This document shows positions 12,955 to 25,077 of a DNA stretch of 64,000 nt, piece after piece; within the stretch, counting starts at the first letter, position 1; every line of letters begins with the position of its first letter. Both the position numbers and the translations under genes were made by a program. The stretch is taken from NCBI GenBank assembly GCA_051362555.1, contig CM120641.1, positions 14,446,001-14,510,000 on the forward strand. The letters run 5' to 3'. Source of the DNA: Lingula anatina. Lineage: Eukaryota > Animalia > Brachiopoda. The notes under the pieces were generated by a model. The model was not told where the DNA came from. It did not search any database and saw nothing but the letters and a program-made list of their open reading frames with translations.

Positions 12955-14382
12955 AGTTAACCCCAACAGGTTGGAGTCCCTTTCGTAAAAAATGCGACGG
13001 CCATTTAGCACATTTCTTATTTTAGAACTTGACTGTAGGCTAAATCCAACAATATGTCGAATCGGTATTCAAAAAGTCGATCTGTCAATAGTGCAACTTT
13101 TGTGCTGTCTTTTCCACCACCACCCCCGCCCCGCCCTCGCCGAAAAAATAGTCGCTGAAGCTCTATATAATCCCCTTTAGAATGTTAAGAACTTTTTAGA
13201 ATAGGACTTCAATCGCTCAATAAAATCATGCCCCTTTTCTCAATTTTCTAGATGTTTTTACACACAATTAAGTAGATATTTAGTATTAGAGTAACATACA
13301 GGTGCCTGTAATGTGAAGAAATGGACACGTGTTTCCAGAAACAATTTTCGGGCAATTCTCCCCAAAGTTCTCAAGGGGGCATCATCTGCATAGGGGAACC
13401 AATGTGAACAAAGAGAAGTTTGTATGATTTTTAATCAACTAGAAATTAATAAAAGAATAGATATATGAGTATAAACTGGCTGTCCCGATTTACACACGAC
13501 ATGGGAAACAACACAATGAGGTACATGTAAGACTTTCAGGAAAAATAGGCCTATCATTTGAAAATTACATCTGAAAATGCAATTATACAACACATACCTC
13601 CCACACAGATATACACTACTTATATAAGAGATACTATCACTACTACAACTGTATCTACTACATGTAATACTGAAGGCCTCTTACGGTGCACCAAAAAAAA
13701 AAAAAATAATAATAATAATAATAAAATAAAAATAAAAAAAAATTAAATAAAATACTACTACTACTATTACTCTTACAGTAGTGGTGTGGGAGAGTAACAA
13801 TGCAAGTGCTGGGACCAAACGATGTGAGCGCGCGTTGATTCAGATACAATTTATCTAGGGAATGTAAGGGGTAACGATACAAGGATTCCAAGAAATGGCC
13901 TCACAATAACTTCTTTGAAGCTATTGTGAGGCCATTTCAATAGCTTCAATAACTTCTTTGAAGCGATGACAAATTAAAAAGGTATAAGCTAATGAATTAT
14001 CTAATTATCAGATCAAATATCTACATAGACAAGAGCGAAACGTAACTGTTTCATAAATAACTTTGTTCCAATGTAACTCATTATTATCACATCAATTCCC
14101 TGCTCAATTAGTTTTAATGTCTGTTTTAGGAGTCCATCAGTTTTTATACTGTAAGCAATTTTTGTCTCTACATTTATTGCAATACCCATCCTCAACTCCG
14201 TGTTTTGTTGCATCCCACAAAATCTTATTCAAGTACTTTTGTTTGCCAATCTATTATTGCACCTTCATCACACTTATATCTATCACTATTTAATGAATTT
14301 CCTCCATATTTTCAATAAGTTCACAAATTTAAAGATTTTTCCTGAACCCATCACAGTACCACTGGTAATATCACTGGTAAGT

Positions 14383-17300
14383 TTATTGTTTGTATCCATA
14401 ACCATCTGCATAACCCTGATTATACTGTCCCCCAGTGTAATCCTGCTGAGGATATCCTTGGTCATAACCATAACCTTGCTGGGGGTAGGCATACTGTTGC
14501 TGGGGGTAACCTCCACCGTATCCTGTATCAGCTGGGGCAGCCCCATATGGTGCCACAGGAGGATAGGCTGTGCTATTGGTAGGCATGAGAGGGACATTTT
14601 TGCTGGGATCATCATCCCCCTTCATCAGGTTGTCGTTATAAACCTTTCTGGCACTTAGGGACATTACCAGCATTTCTATCATTAAGATGAAATGATGCCA
14701 TTCTGCAAAGCAATATGATAATAGATATAAGCAGGTTTAGATAAATGTGTTATAAATTAAAACAATAAGAACATAAATGAAAAGTTTTTTCAATTGCTGC
14801 TGATAAAATATAGGTACAAAGAAAATGTAAAACATTCTTCTGATGGACACATTGTATTCAGAGGCAACAGCTCTCATATCCAAGGCAAAATCTCCACAGA
14901 TGATTAGAAGTGTTCTTAACAGCTAATCTGTTTTACTTTACATCTGGGTATCTTTCATTGCAGTTATTTTAATCTCAAGTAATTGAGATTGTGCAAGTCT
15001 ATATTTCAATTTCTGGTAGGCATATTTTATTATTAAAATTGATAAATTTAGAAGTATTTTAAGCATGTACATGAGAGGGAGAGAGAAATAGACTGACTTA
15101 CTCAAAGATTCCATTTCACTTAAAAAAAGACTCAAAATAAAGCGCTGGACATTGCTGAAAGTGATGCAGCTCTGAATGATGGCCAGTTTCCCAGTAAGAT
15201 TGAACTCTGGAGCGATTTCATGTGCCACATTATGTATCACAGTGAGTGCCCACATAGATACAAATGTAGATATCATGGCCACCACTGTCAGATAGGGGTA
15301 CAGAGAGTTAAAATCCATCTAAAATGCAGTTAATTTCATAAAATAAGATATTTAAATACCAAATATAAACATATATTCCACTTTTCTAACTTTTCAGTTA
15401 TATCTTCTAAAAAATTTACTATACAAAATGACAGTAAAATAAAATGATAAAATAAACCAACATTTTCTTCATGAAGTTTTCATTCATCACAAAGAGAATT
15501 GACTTTTACACCTTTATTTTGCTCTAAAGGTTCTTAATTTCTGCTGCTGTCTTGTATCTAATCTTTTAATTCACTAAATATAATGACTTTTTCTTTTTAA
15601 TTCCAGCCTGTATAAAAGAATTTCTTTAATTCTAAACTGTGATGTCCAAAAGAAAGTTTTATAACCCATACATGTCAATCATGAATAAACAGCCGATAAA
15701 ATTCAATTTTAGTGGGACATTCATTTGAAACACTTGTAAATGCTTACATGTCCTGGGCAATAGAGTTTAGGATCAATAAAGTACAAAACAGTACCAATAA
15801 TCATCTCTGCAATCTTTATGAACAAAATCTGCATTACACATATTTTCATGCATGACAAGCGGCCCCTGAAATCAAATGTAGTAAACATGTACAGTTTTAG
15901 TTTTTGCTTCAGAAAAAAAATGATTAACTTCAATCCTTTTCTAAAAGAATAGTCCCACATACTTAAATTTTAAAATAAAAAGAAAAACCAGCTACAGACT
16001 TTACACCACTTGACAAGTACGTTGTAAGTATAGTCATTGAAATACATGCAGTGTGCATTTATGTATGTATACTCACGGGGTCAATGTGCTCTCTTCCCCA
16101 AAGCAGATGCAAAATTTTCCACATTTGCCATTGCGCATGTTGAAATTGGAACCAGACAAGGCATTTAGCATCCCTGTGTCCCCACCAAAGTAATCTAACA
16201 TAAGGTGGAGGAATGTGAAGATGGCTACAGAGAGCATACTGTAATAAGAAAAATTTAGTAGACTTCCAGAGAGTTAAAATGTTTTTGTAACACCCTATCC
16301 CATTTGCAGAAATAAAAAAGTCTTGATGAGTAATAAAATAACTTTAACTATGAACATCCCAATTAAAAGCATTTTTTATCTTGCAACTCTAAGAACTGCA
16401 TATCAAGACTTACAAAATGATGGCCAGATCACAGATGATTGCATATCTTGGAAATGCTTCAGCAATCAAAGCTGCCACAGCTTCAAACTGTTAAAATAAT
16501 AATTATAATCCACTGACATGCTGGACATCAAGAAATAAATCACAAAAATTGTAGAGTGTAAAAATCATTCTCAGACTTCAGCCTTAAATTATATCTCTCT
16601 CATTGAAAAAGAGTAAGGAAGGAACGGGTTGTTACTGAGAATGCTTACTTTTTAATTAGCAAATGCATAGAGAAGGGCATGAATCTACCTCAAAGTACAC
16701 ATAAATATATATGAATGAACATTTTTTCAATAATTTGTAAATTTCAATGAAAAAACATAATTTACAGGCATGAGAGCAAGCAGTATCACTGTCTTTCTCA
16801 CGCTTGCTCCAGATACTCGGATAACCCTGCTCATTTCTTCCAGGAATAACAGAACACATGCTAAAGGAAGTATCAGCATAGCCCAGCCAAGGAGGCCATC
16901 TGTAATTATAATAAACTATCATTTTGGGCACTGAAGCCACAAAGTATATACTTTTTTTTTAGATGTTCAAATAACAAAATCAAAAACTGCACCTATTTTC
17001 AAGTTAAAGCTGAGAATACCAAGTTATACTTCAATACATTTAGCAAAACAAATTTGTATATAAAATACACACATGGTCCATTCACAAGTGTAACAGATGC
17101 AAACTGTTTTGCAGCACAGACAAATCCTCCTGATGCATTGCCATGACCCTGAATATGAGAAAGAAATTTTAACGTTTCAAAATTTATTCACATCACTCTA
17201 ACCAAATAAAAAAATTGAACATTTTAATTATATCATTTGAAACAAGGAAAAAAATGACAGCAACTGTTGTTTTTGTTAAGGGGATAACAACTGTTCATTT

Positions 17301-17808
17301 TGGCCAAGAATGGATTTTCCGTGGGTAGAGGACAATTTTCCCACACTTACAGATGGTGAAATAATCCATTCTGACATTCAAAGTTAGTCACTGTTTTTTC
17401 TAAAAAAAGTTTTGTTTTTTGTAATATTCTCTTATGAGATTATTACAGAGTGTAGCCATCTATGGAGGTCATGTGATGTGAAAGCAAGCACAGATTCTAG
17501 AATAATTGTGTTAACTGCCGTTTTGCTGGTAAAACAGAACTTATTATATTTCTATGAGTTGTTTACAATGTATTTAGTGTGAAATATGGATATCATAGAA
17601 TAGTTTAATTGATACCAATGCAAACTGACCAGAAATCAAGTACATTGCTGTTCAATTAATGAAACATTTTCAACAGATACTCTAAAAGAAAAATGAACCC
17701 CCAAAACACAACTTTGACCAAAGTCACATTAAAACTCACCACATCTTCATCCATACTTTTATACAAGTCTTCCTTCTCTAGTAAGGCCAATGTTCTGGAA
17801 AAATTCAT
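14383..17808 (-). CDS. Organic solute transporter alpha-like (SLC51A/Solute_trans_a family) paralogue 1, divergent, with Y/Q/G-rich C-terminal tail
   Basis: Approximate exons 17740-17808, 17073-17148, 16766-16900, 16414-16487, 16076-16238, 15749-15866, 15101-15318, 14383-14702. They encode LFLEEM..RKTVILLALMP, FLHLMLDYFGG, QILFIK, SMWALT..GKLAIIQ and FILMIEML, collinear with the neighbouring paralogues and with a shared exon layout. The start exon is less certain. Confidence 0.8.
17276..17596. mobile_element. TTAA-associated (Kolobok-like) non-autonomous element, copy 1
   Basis: Aligns along its length with 56155-56480 (GGGGATAACAACTG..CATTTTGG..., GTCATGTGAT...AAGCACAGATTC.AGAATAATTGTG...GTGAAATATGGAT). 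Confidence 0.6.
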
Positions 17809-19836
17809 AATTCTTTAATTTGTTCTCCTGACAATTGTTTTACAAATCACTTCCCTATGGAACTGGACAATGAAACTGTCTGATTACACTTATCATGCTT
17901 TTATGCATATTGTATGTGTGTGTTTAATAGTTCAAATGATAATGAGAGATCAACATTACATTTGGCATGGCACTGCTGGGTTTGACCAAGCATTTTTGCA
18001 TGAACTCACGTGTTCATCTGATAGGAACAATGATAGGAACATTTAACAGATGATAAGGATTTCAAATGATAGCATGTTATCTTCCGTTGTTCCTTCTGAA
18101 ACAAGTATTATTAATAGCACTTGTTGATATTGCACACGCTTTATGAAATAATATTTCTCATCAGACCTGACATTTGACTGCATTTTGAGTTGTGAGCCAT
18201 ACAGTTCTGTCTTCTGTAATAAAACAGTCAATTTACTAAAAATAATGTAAGTTGGAATGTTGTTGCATTCAATATATGTGTTTAATTGCACTTGCAGTAA
18301 TGATTTCAGGGCAAAGAAGTGTTAAAGGAGAACAATAAGAGTTTTTGATATGTTTATATACATGTAGCAAAGAAATTAATTTCAGTGGGAAATTTCAACA
18401 CCTCCCTTAATCACATGGGTACACAATATACGGGTAATATATCAGCTATCTGCTTTTCAATGAATAGCAGTCACTACGTCACTTATGACTTCAGTGCTTT
18501 ATTGGTAAAATTTGTATCGCTCTTTGTCAGTGTTATAAATGAATGTAAGAAAATAAAATATACGGTACAATGTAAAAGTAATCTAATGGACATAAGATAT
18601 ATATATATATATATTTTTTATTTTACCACATATTCTGGTAACAAACACTTAATACACTAATATTTGCTCAAAAGGAAAGGGTTTGAGGAGGAGCCAAGTT
18701 GGATTCTCTCCATATAGACCCTAGCTAGCATATTTGCATAAAAACATAGGTACATTTTTGTACATTTTAGTCTTTTTTCTAACATTTATATTTATGTAAG
18801 AACTGTGCTGTGCGTTCTAAAAATTTCAATGCACCTAACAAAAATTAACACTAAAAATATTTCAATAAGTTAAATATTTTAATATTTAAATGTTAAAACA
18901 TACTAAAAAAACATAATAATATAAGCTTATATTGATAAATATCAAAACAATGTAAATAAGTTTTCCATAAAGCCTAAAGAGTAATTAATGTTTTCATCGT
19001 CTCTTGAAATCATTTCTCCATTTGTGGGGCATTATTCTCAAAGGCTTGCATTGGCTCCAATAACATTTATTTGCCTTACTTCCTGACAGTGAATACTTTA
19101 AAATGAGGTTGTAAATGGTGTACCTCAAAGGTTTTCATTTTTGTGTATCATGTTGAAGGCCTATTTTCTCAAACAGCCTTAAAAGTAATGCATAAATTTT
19201 TGATAAAATGCTCTGCTTTACTGTAAGCCAGAACTCTTTTTAAATGGGCATGTGTTCTCTGGTGGCTTTACGACTGATCTGGTAATCATACAAACCAAAC
19301 ATATCATTCTATTCAGAAAAATCAACTGCATTACTTGTTTCTTTGTTTTTTCTCTGACTAGCAACTTATGGATTTTGCTTAACACCACAGTAAATAAGAC
19401 TTGCAGATCTAGATATTCCAGGCTGTAACCAGCAATTTCAAAGGATTTTTATTTGAAAAAGTGGACTTTTTTACAACAGTAGTAAAGAATCTAAACCAAT
19501 TTGTTCCTAATCGAAAGGGTGGTTTGGACAGACCCCTAGACCTGAACTCTTCCCTGCCTACAGGCTGCTGTTTGTTACATGATGTATGAGTGATCCCTGT
19601 CAAAGATCAGTCTTGAATCTTTAACCCAAGGCAGCAGTCTGAATAGACTTATTGAAACAATTCTCAAAAGTCAGTGCAAATAACAATCCATTACCAGGTA
19701 CCAAAGTGAGAGAGACAAAAAGCCTAAGAAAAGGAAGACATTACCGAATATTATCTAGCATCCAATCAGCATTTTAAAAAAACTCTTTATATTTGTTTTA
19801 AACAGCAGAAAATATTCACTTTGCAATCAATGTCAG

Positions 19837-22800
19837 TTAACACACACTGATTTGATCCATTACTAGCATTTGGTCACTGTCTTCCTTGCCACCATGCCAA
19901 GGGGCTTGGGAAATGACCATTGAATGAATACCCCAGTGGTATGGATGGCCATTTCTTTGTACATCATGGTCAACACCATTAGGAATGTAAGTTTGTGAAA
20001 GTTTCTCACTATGAGATAAACTCTCAGTCTGACTTGAAGTTTGTGCTGAATTGTTGGAAAACTCCTTTCTGTAAACTATGGTCACAAAGATGGAGAGAAT
20101 AAACATCTCAAAGATAAGTGCAGCGTAGCCAAAGACTGAAAGTAATAAGGAAATTATTAATTAAGCCCTTCTTATGTGTGTGCCTGTTATCAAACCACAG
20201 TCATCTCAATATGCATGTTCTAGCACAAATGTTATTCTTAAGATAATCAATTGAACCTAAAAATTTTCTATTTAAAAAAATTAATCTGCTATTCAATACA
20301 AACATTACATATAGACAAACAAGAAAACGTAAAAGATAATGCAAACAGCAACATAGTTTTATATAAACTGCTTGACATATATGTCGTACTTAAATAACCA
20401 AAACTCACTTGCAGCTCTGTCACTGGCATGAAGTAAATGTGTGCATTCTATGACTCCAGTGATAGCTAATATTCCAAGGATAAGGGGCTGAAGACTGGTA
20501 AGAATGAACGCCAACTGTAGAAGCACAAATCTTGCTTTAATTTTGTACTTCTGGCTTATGACTGGGTCCACATTTTTATAGATCAACAATAGACCATAGA
20601 TAGCAGTTAGTTGGGAGACAAGCTTTATCATGGAATACACAAACTGGACAGGACCAGCATTTGCCTAAAATGAATAAAAACAAAATGCGTGTAACATAAG
20701 GAACTTAAAGAAACAGAACCTGTCAAAACTACAAATTCAATGAGCAAATGATGAATTAACATAAGTCCATACCTAACTTAACATAATTTTCTAAATACAT
20801 AGCATAATCTTTTAGCCAACATTGATTTCTCATATGAGTCATATTATTTCAAGAGTTAAAGAAAATGCAGTAATTTTGAGCACAATATAGTCCATTTTTT
20901 AAATAACTCACTCCATGTTTTATGAATAACATGTTTAAAGAACACAATTCAATTTCTTTTCATTCTAATTAAGACTTTAAGACTTCTGTCTGTTTAAAAT
21001 AGTGCCATTTCCTATAAAATGTATGTATATTATTGGTGTCATTTATAATCAAACAGCATCCTTACCTGTAGCCGTGTGGTAAAAAGATCATTTGCCCAAA
21101 GTACTGCAGCCACAAACACCAACATTGGACAAACAATGATCACCTGTCTCACCAACCATTTGATACAGTTGAATTTACGCCTTATAATGCAGAAAAAAAG
21201 AAATAGTGAGTTTTGGTGGAATTTCCTTAACCATCACACCCACTAAGACTCAGATTCAATTGCATTGGTTGAGCATGTCACCACAATTGTGTCTGGATGT
21301 GCCAGCTGTGAGTTACAGGTTGAGCTCACTGAATTAGACCCTTATATGTATTGAATATAATATTGCAAAAATGTCAATGTCATTACAATGACATTTGAAT
21401 ATGGGACCACTGTGTTAAGCAAGGTAACCAAATATAAAAACAATGTAGTTTATCAAAATGCTATAAAAACAGATCTTAAGACACATGCATTTGCAATAAA
21501 TCAACAAAACCATTCCTAACTTAAAAATCCTGGCCTTATAACTTAAATAATATTAAAATAAATCGGTTACAAAGTAATGGCAGAAAACAGTGGTTGTAAA
21601 TTTTTCTAACACAAATCCAAATACTATATCCAGTTTCCTTGATCTATAGTGGTTCATAATCCGAGTGGACATGACAAATCACTGTGGGAAAAATAACAAT
21701 TGTTCAATCTTTAAACAGCTTCTCTTCAAGCATCTGTCGAACAGTTATCTAGTGTGCAGGGCTACTGTGCTGTTAACTCTAAATTACAATCTTTGTGTGA
21801 AATGAAAAAGTTGCCTAAAGATGAAGCACATCATCAATTTACTCCTACGTTTCGATCACTCTAGTTAATTTCATCAAAGATGATATTTCTCACAACATCT
21901 TGTTTGAAATTTTAAAAAATAAGACAGACTATTTTGTCAAAATTCAGTATGTACCTGTCTAGTTCTATTGTTGGCAAGCAGAAGCAGCAGCAGCAACATG
22001 GAGGACTTCGTAATGGAACAGGTTTGCCTGCAAATGCTTCTATCAACTGAACTTGTCCCCCATGATAATCCACAATAACATGTAGAAAATTGAACAAACA
22101 CAGGGCAAGGTAACTGAAAATATAAACAATTATTTCATAATTTATGCTATTACAAAATATCTGAATGAATTTCAGGTAGTTATTTACTGTACAATAGTTT
22201 ATGTGTCTACCACTGTGAGTTTCAGAGGACACTGGAGGCAGAGCTGGGTTAGCAAGCTCAAAGGCATCACTATTTTCAAATGCACACAAAAAATGTTTTG
22301 ACAGAGAGTTATGCAGGTAGTCCTTATTATTGTTTATTCAAGAAAAGCTGAGAAAATGAACAATTATGTATGTGTGTGTAAGGGTAATTGTGATGGGGTT
22401 GACCTGTCACAAAAAAATGCCTCCAAAGAATATCATTACTTGTGTGCATTCGCAATTTCAATGCCATCCAGAAAGGAATTAGCAACTGACTACAATTTTT
22501 GCCTGTAGTTGTAAATAGTGATGCTTTAGAGCAAAGAAGCCTTGGAGAGATGTGAATATAGTAGTAGATATGGGTTTCCAGTGTCCTCTTAACCTGAGGG
22601 TGATGTTCTTTTCATTCACAAGAGCTCATTTGGCTTTTGGATAAAAAAAACAAACATTTTATTCACCCAAGCTTTACTAAATATAACAAGTACAGACAAT
22701 AAGGGACCATTCCCAGAGATATTTGGATCGATCTATCTCCCCTATCTCTTAACCTGAGGGTGATGTTCTTTTCATTCACAAGAGCTCATTTGGCTTTTGG

Positions 22801-25077
22801 ATAAAAAAAACAAACATTTTATTCACCCAAGCTTTACTAAATATAACAAGTACAGACAATAAGGGACCATTCCCACAGATATTTGGATCGATCTTTCTCC
22901 TCCGGTGAGTCTCATGTAATTGCTATCAACTTAACCGGCTTAAATGTCTGTCATGCCTACTAAAGCTGTTAAGGGGTAATTATCTTTACCCCTAGCTGAT
23001 TCAGTAGGCGTGACAGACATTTAAGCTGGTTAGTTGATAGCAATTAAGTGAGACTCCCCAGGGAGTTAGACCAATCCAGATGGATCGATCTAGGCATAGG
23101 AACCCAGTCTAACATCTTTTGGTATATAATTCATTTATGATAAACCTTATGTTGTTATTAGAAAGGGTTCAATGCATACTCTGAAGAAATTAATTTTAAA
23201 AAAGCTAGGGTATTACAGAAATGAGATGTGCTCATTCTTGCTTTATTTTATCTAAGCTAAATGGTCAAATAAAGTGAACCAAATAAAAAATTTGGACCAA
23301 GCTAAGAAAAGTTCAATAAAAACTTGAAAGTCAAACTTCACTTTAATATAAAATGTATACACTAAATTTAAAGTGCTATGCTTACTTACCATGAAGCCAC
23401 TAGATCAACTAATGTGTTAGCTCTTGGAGCCATTGCACCAGAAAGTGATGTGACAGAAGTAATCTGTAAATCCAAATAGTAAAATGTATTGGAGCAAACA
23501 TGGCATATGCTAAAAATCTTGAGGGCTAGGTATAAAGATGTCTAGGTTAAAGATTAAATGGAATGATAAATGAACAAAAATAGTTCTGTCTGAATTTAGA
23601 GACATATTTACATAAGCAAAAGTGCAACATCATGGGTATTTTAACATGTACACCAACATATCAAACTCAACTATACTTATAAAGTGCTCTTTAAGGTGTG
23701 TCCTGCATTATAGGAAAAAAATGTATTTAGTGGAAATTTAAAAAAAAAACATGCTGAAGGACACATGGATAACAGGTCATTCAGAAGAATAAAAAAGTGA
23801 GCTTGAAAATGAGGCATTTAGCGGTTACAAGACATCTAGCAACAGGACATCCTGAGTTTCAGAAACTACAGTATGGAAAACTTTGTGACAAATGGAGTTT
23901 ACAACAGATCTATGTCAGTGGTGGTACACACTGTAGAATCATAATCTGTACCATAAGTGCTCTGAAACTTAGGGTGTAAAGGAATAACAACTTACCCCAT
24001 ATAGTGCACGTATGATAAGAATTCTTGTTCTTAGTTTAGAGTTTTGTATGCGTTTATACAAGAACACCAAATCAAGAACAGCCATTATCACAGTTATCAA
24101 ACAAACAATAGAACAGGCTACCAGCAGTATTATGGCAAAAGTAGGAATCTCTGGAAAAAATTATTGTGATTCAGAATTTTCTATACAACTTTATTACTAT
24201 GTATATATCTATCACAATGACATAAGCCTCAGCTGCAAGGTAGCAGGAATACCTAATACTTGTACTTCTACTGACATATGGAAAAAGTTGACAATCAGAA
24301 AAATATAAGACAATTAACCATATAATGACAGTTGATCATGATACATGTGCCATACCTTGCTTGACAATATGGTTATGTATAACTGGAATTCATTGATGTT
24401 TATCATGCAATTACTATATAACAGGCCCACATTAAGGCAGGCCTGCTTATCCTCTTTGAAATTACTGGTTACAAGCCTGTATAATTCATATTACTTGTAT
24501 TTAATCTGCTGGGCTTATAACTTAAGTGTGCATGTATACAAGGAGTTATAACAGAGTTATAACTCTTTGAAGTATACACATGTTATTAAAGACAATAATA
24601 TGTTGTTGGCATGTCCCTAGCTTATGTAATGAACCAGTACCTTGGAACAGTTCCCATACATGTGGTATATGGTCCATACAATCCAGTACATCTGTCTGAA
24701 AAAAAGAGATAAATCATCTTTTATTAGTGTTGACATGCTATATTATGGTACTCAATGTGCAATTTACTGTAATATTAAGAGGGGTTTCTACATTATATTG
24801 TTAAGTAAAATGTTATATCTTTGAAATATATTTTCAAAAAATCACAGAAAAGGAGTGCAATAATTCCATTTGGTACTGGAGATCACTACCAATCATCAGG
24901 CAGTATAAATCTAAAAAATATGTTATGCAAAAGACATGCACTGGACATGAACTGAATTTATACATCCCGATTACAATTACTTTTTCAACATACTAGTACC
25001 TTGTTTATCATGGCATCAGTATTGTCAAAATTTGATATGTTACTCTTCAGAAAGCTAATAGTTGTTGACGACTCCAT
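19837..25077 (-). CDS. Organic solute transporter alpha-like paralogue 2
   Basis: Approximate exons 25000-25077, 24641-24694, 23996-24150, 23390-23464, 21955-22114, 21066-21180, 20408-20665, 19837-20135. Hallmarks: APRA, YLALCLFNFLHVIVDYHGG, RSPPCCCCCFCLP (OSTalpha poly-Cys), AIYGL, KARFVLLQ, GVIEC and FEMFILS. Confidence 0.9.
22586..22900. repeat. 160-bp near-perfect tandem duplication, intronic
   Basis: CTCTTAACCTGAGGGTGATG...GATATTTGGATCGATCT occurs at ~22586 and ~22746. Confidence 0.9.
22861..23110. mobile_element. Palindromic MITE (family also at 44559-44765 and a related one at ~48918-49200)
   Basis: Internal inverted repeats GAGTCTC..GCTTAAATGTCTGTCATGCCTACT / AGTAGGCGTGACAGACATTTAAGC..GAGACTC; a clear homologue sits in a cysteine synthase intron. 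Confidence 0.7.

Noticed and set aside
14200-14658. 152-aa hydrophobic ORF on the + strand (and the alternative-frame ORF 14286-14615)
   Set aside because: Antisense or alternative-frame shadow of the low-complexity last exon of OSTalpha paralogue 1.
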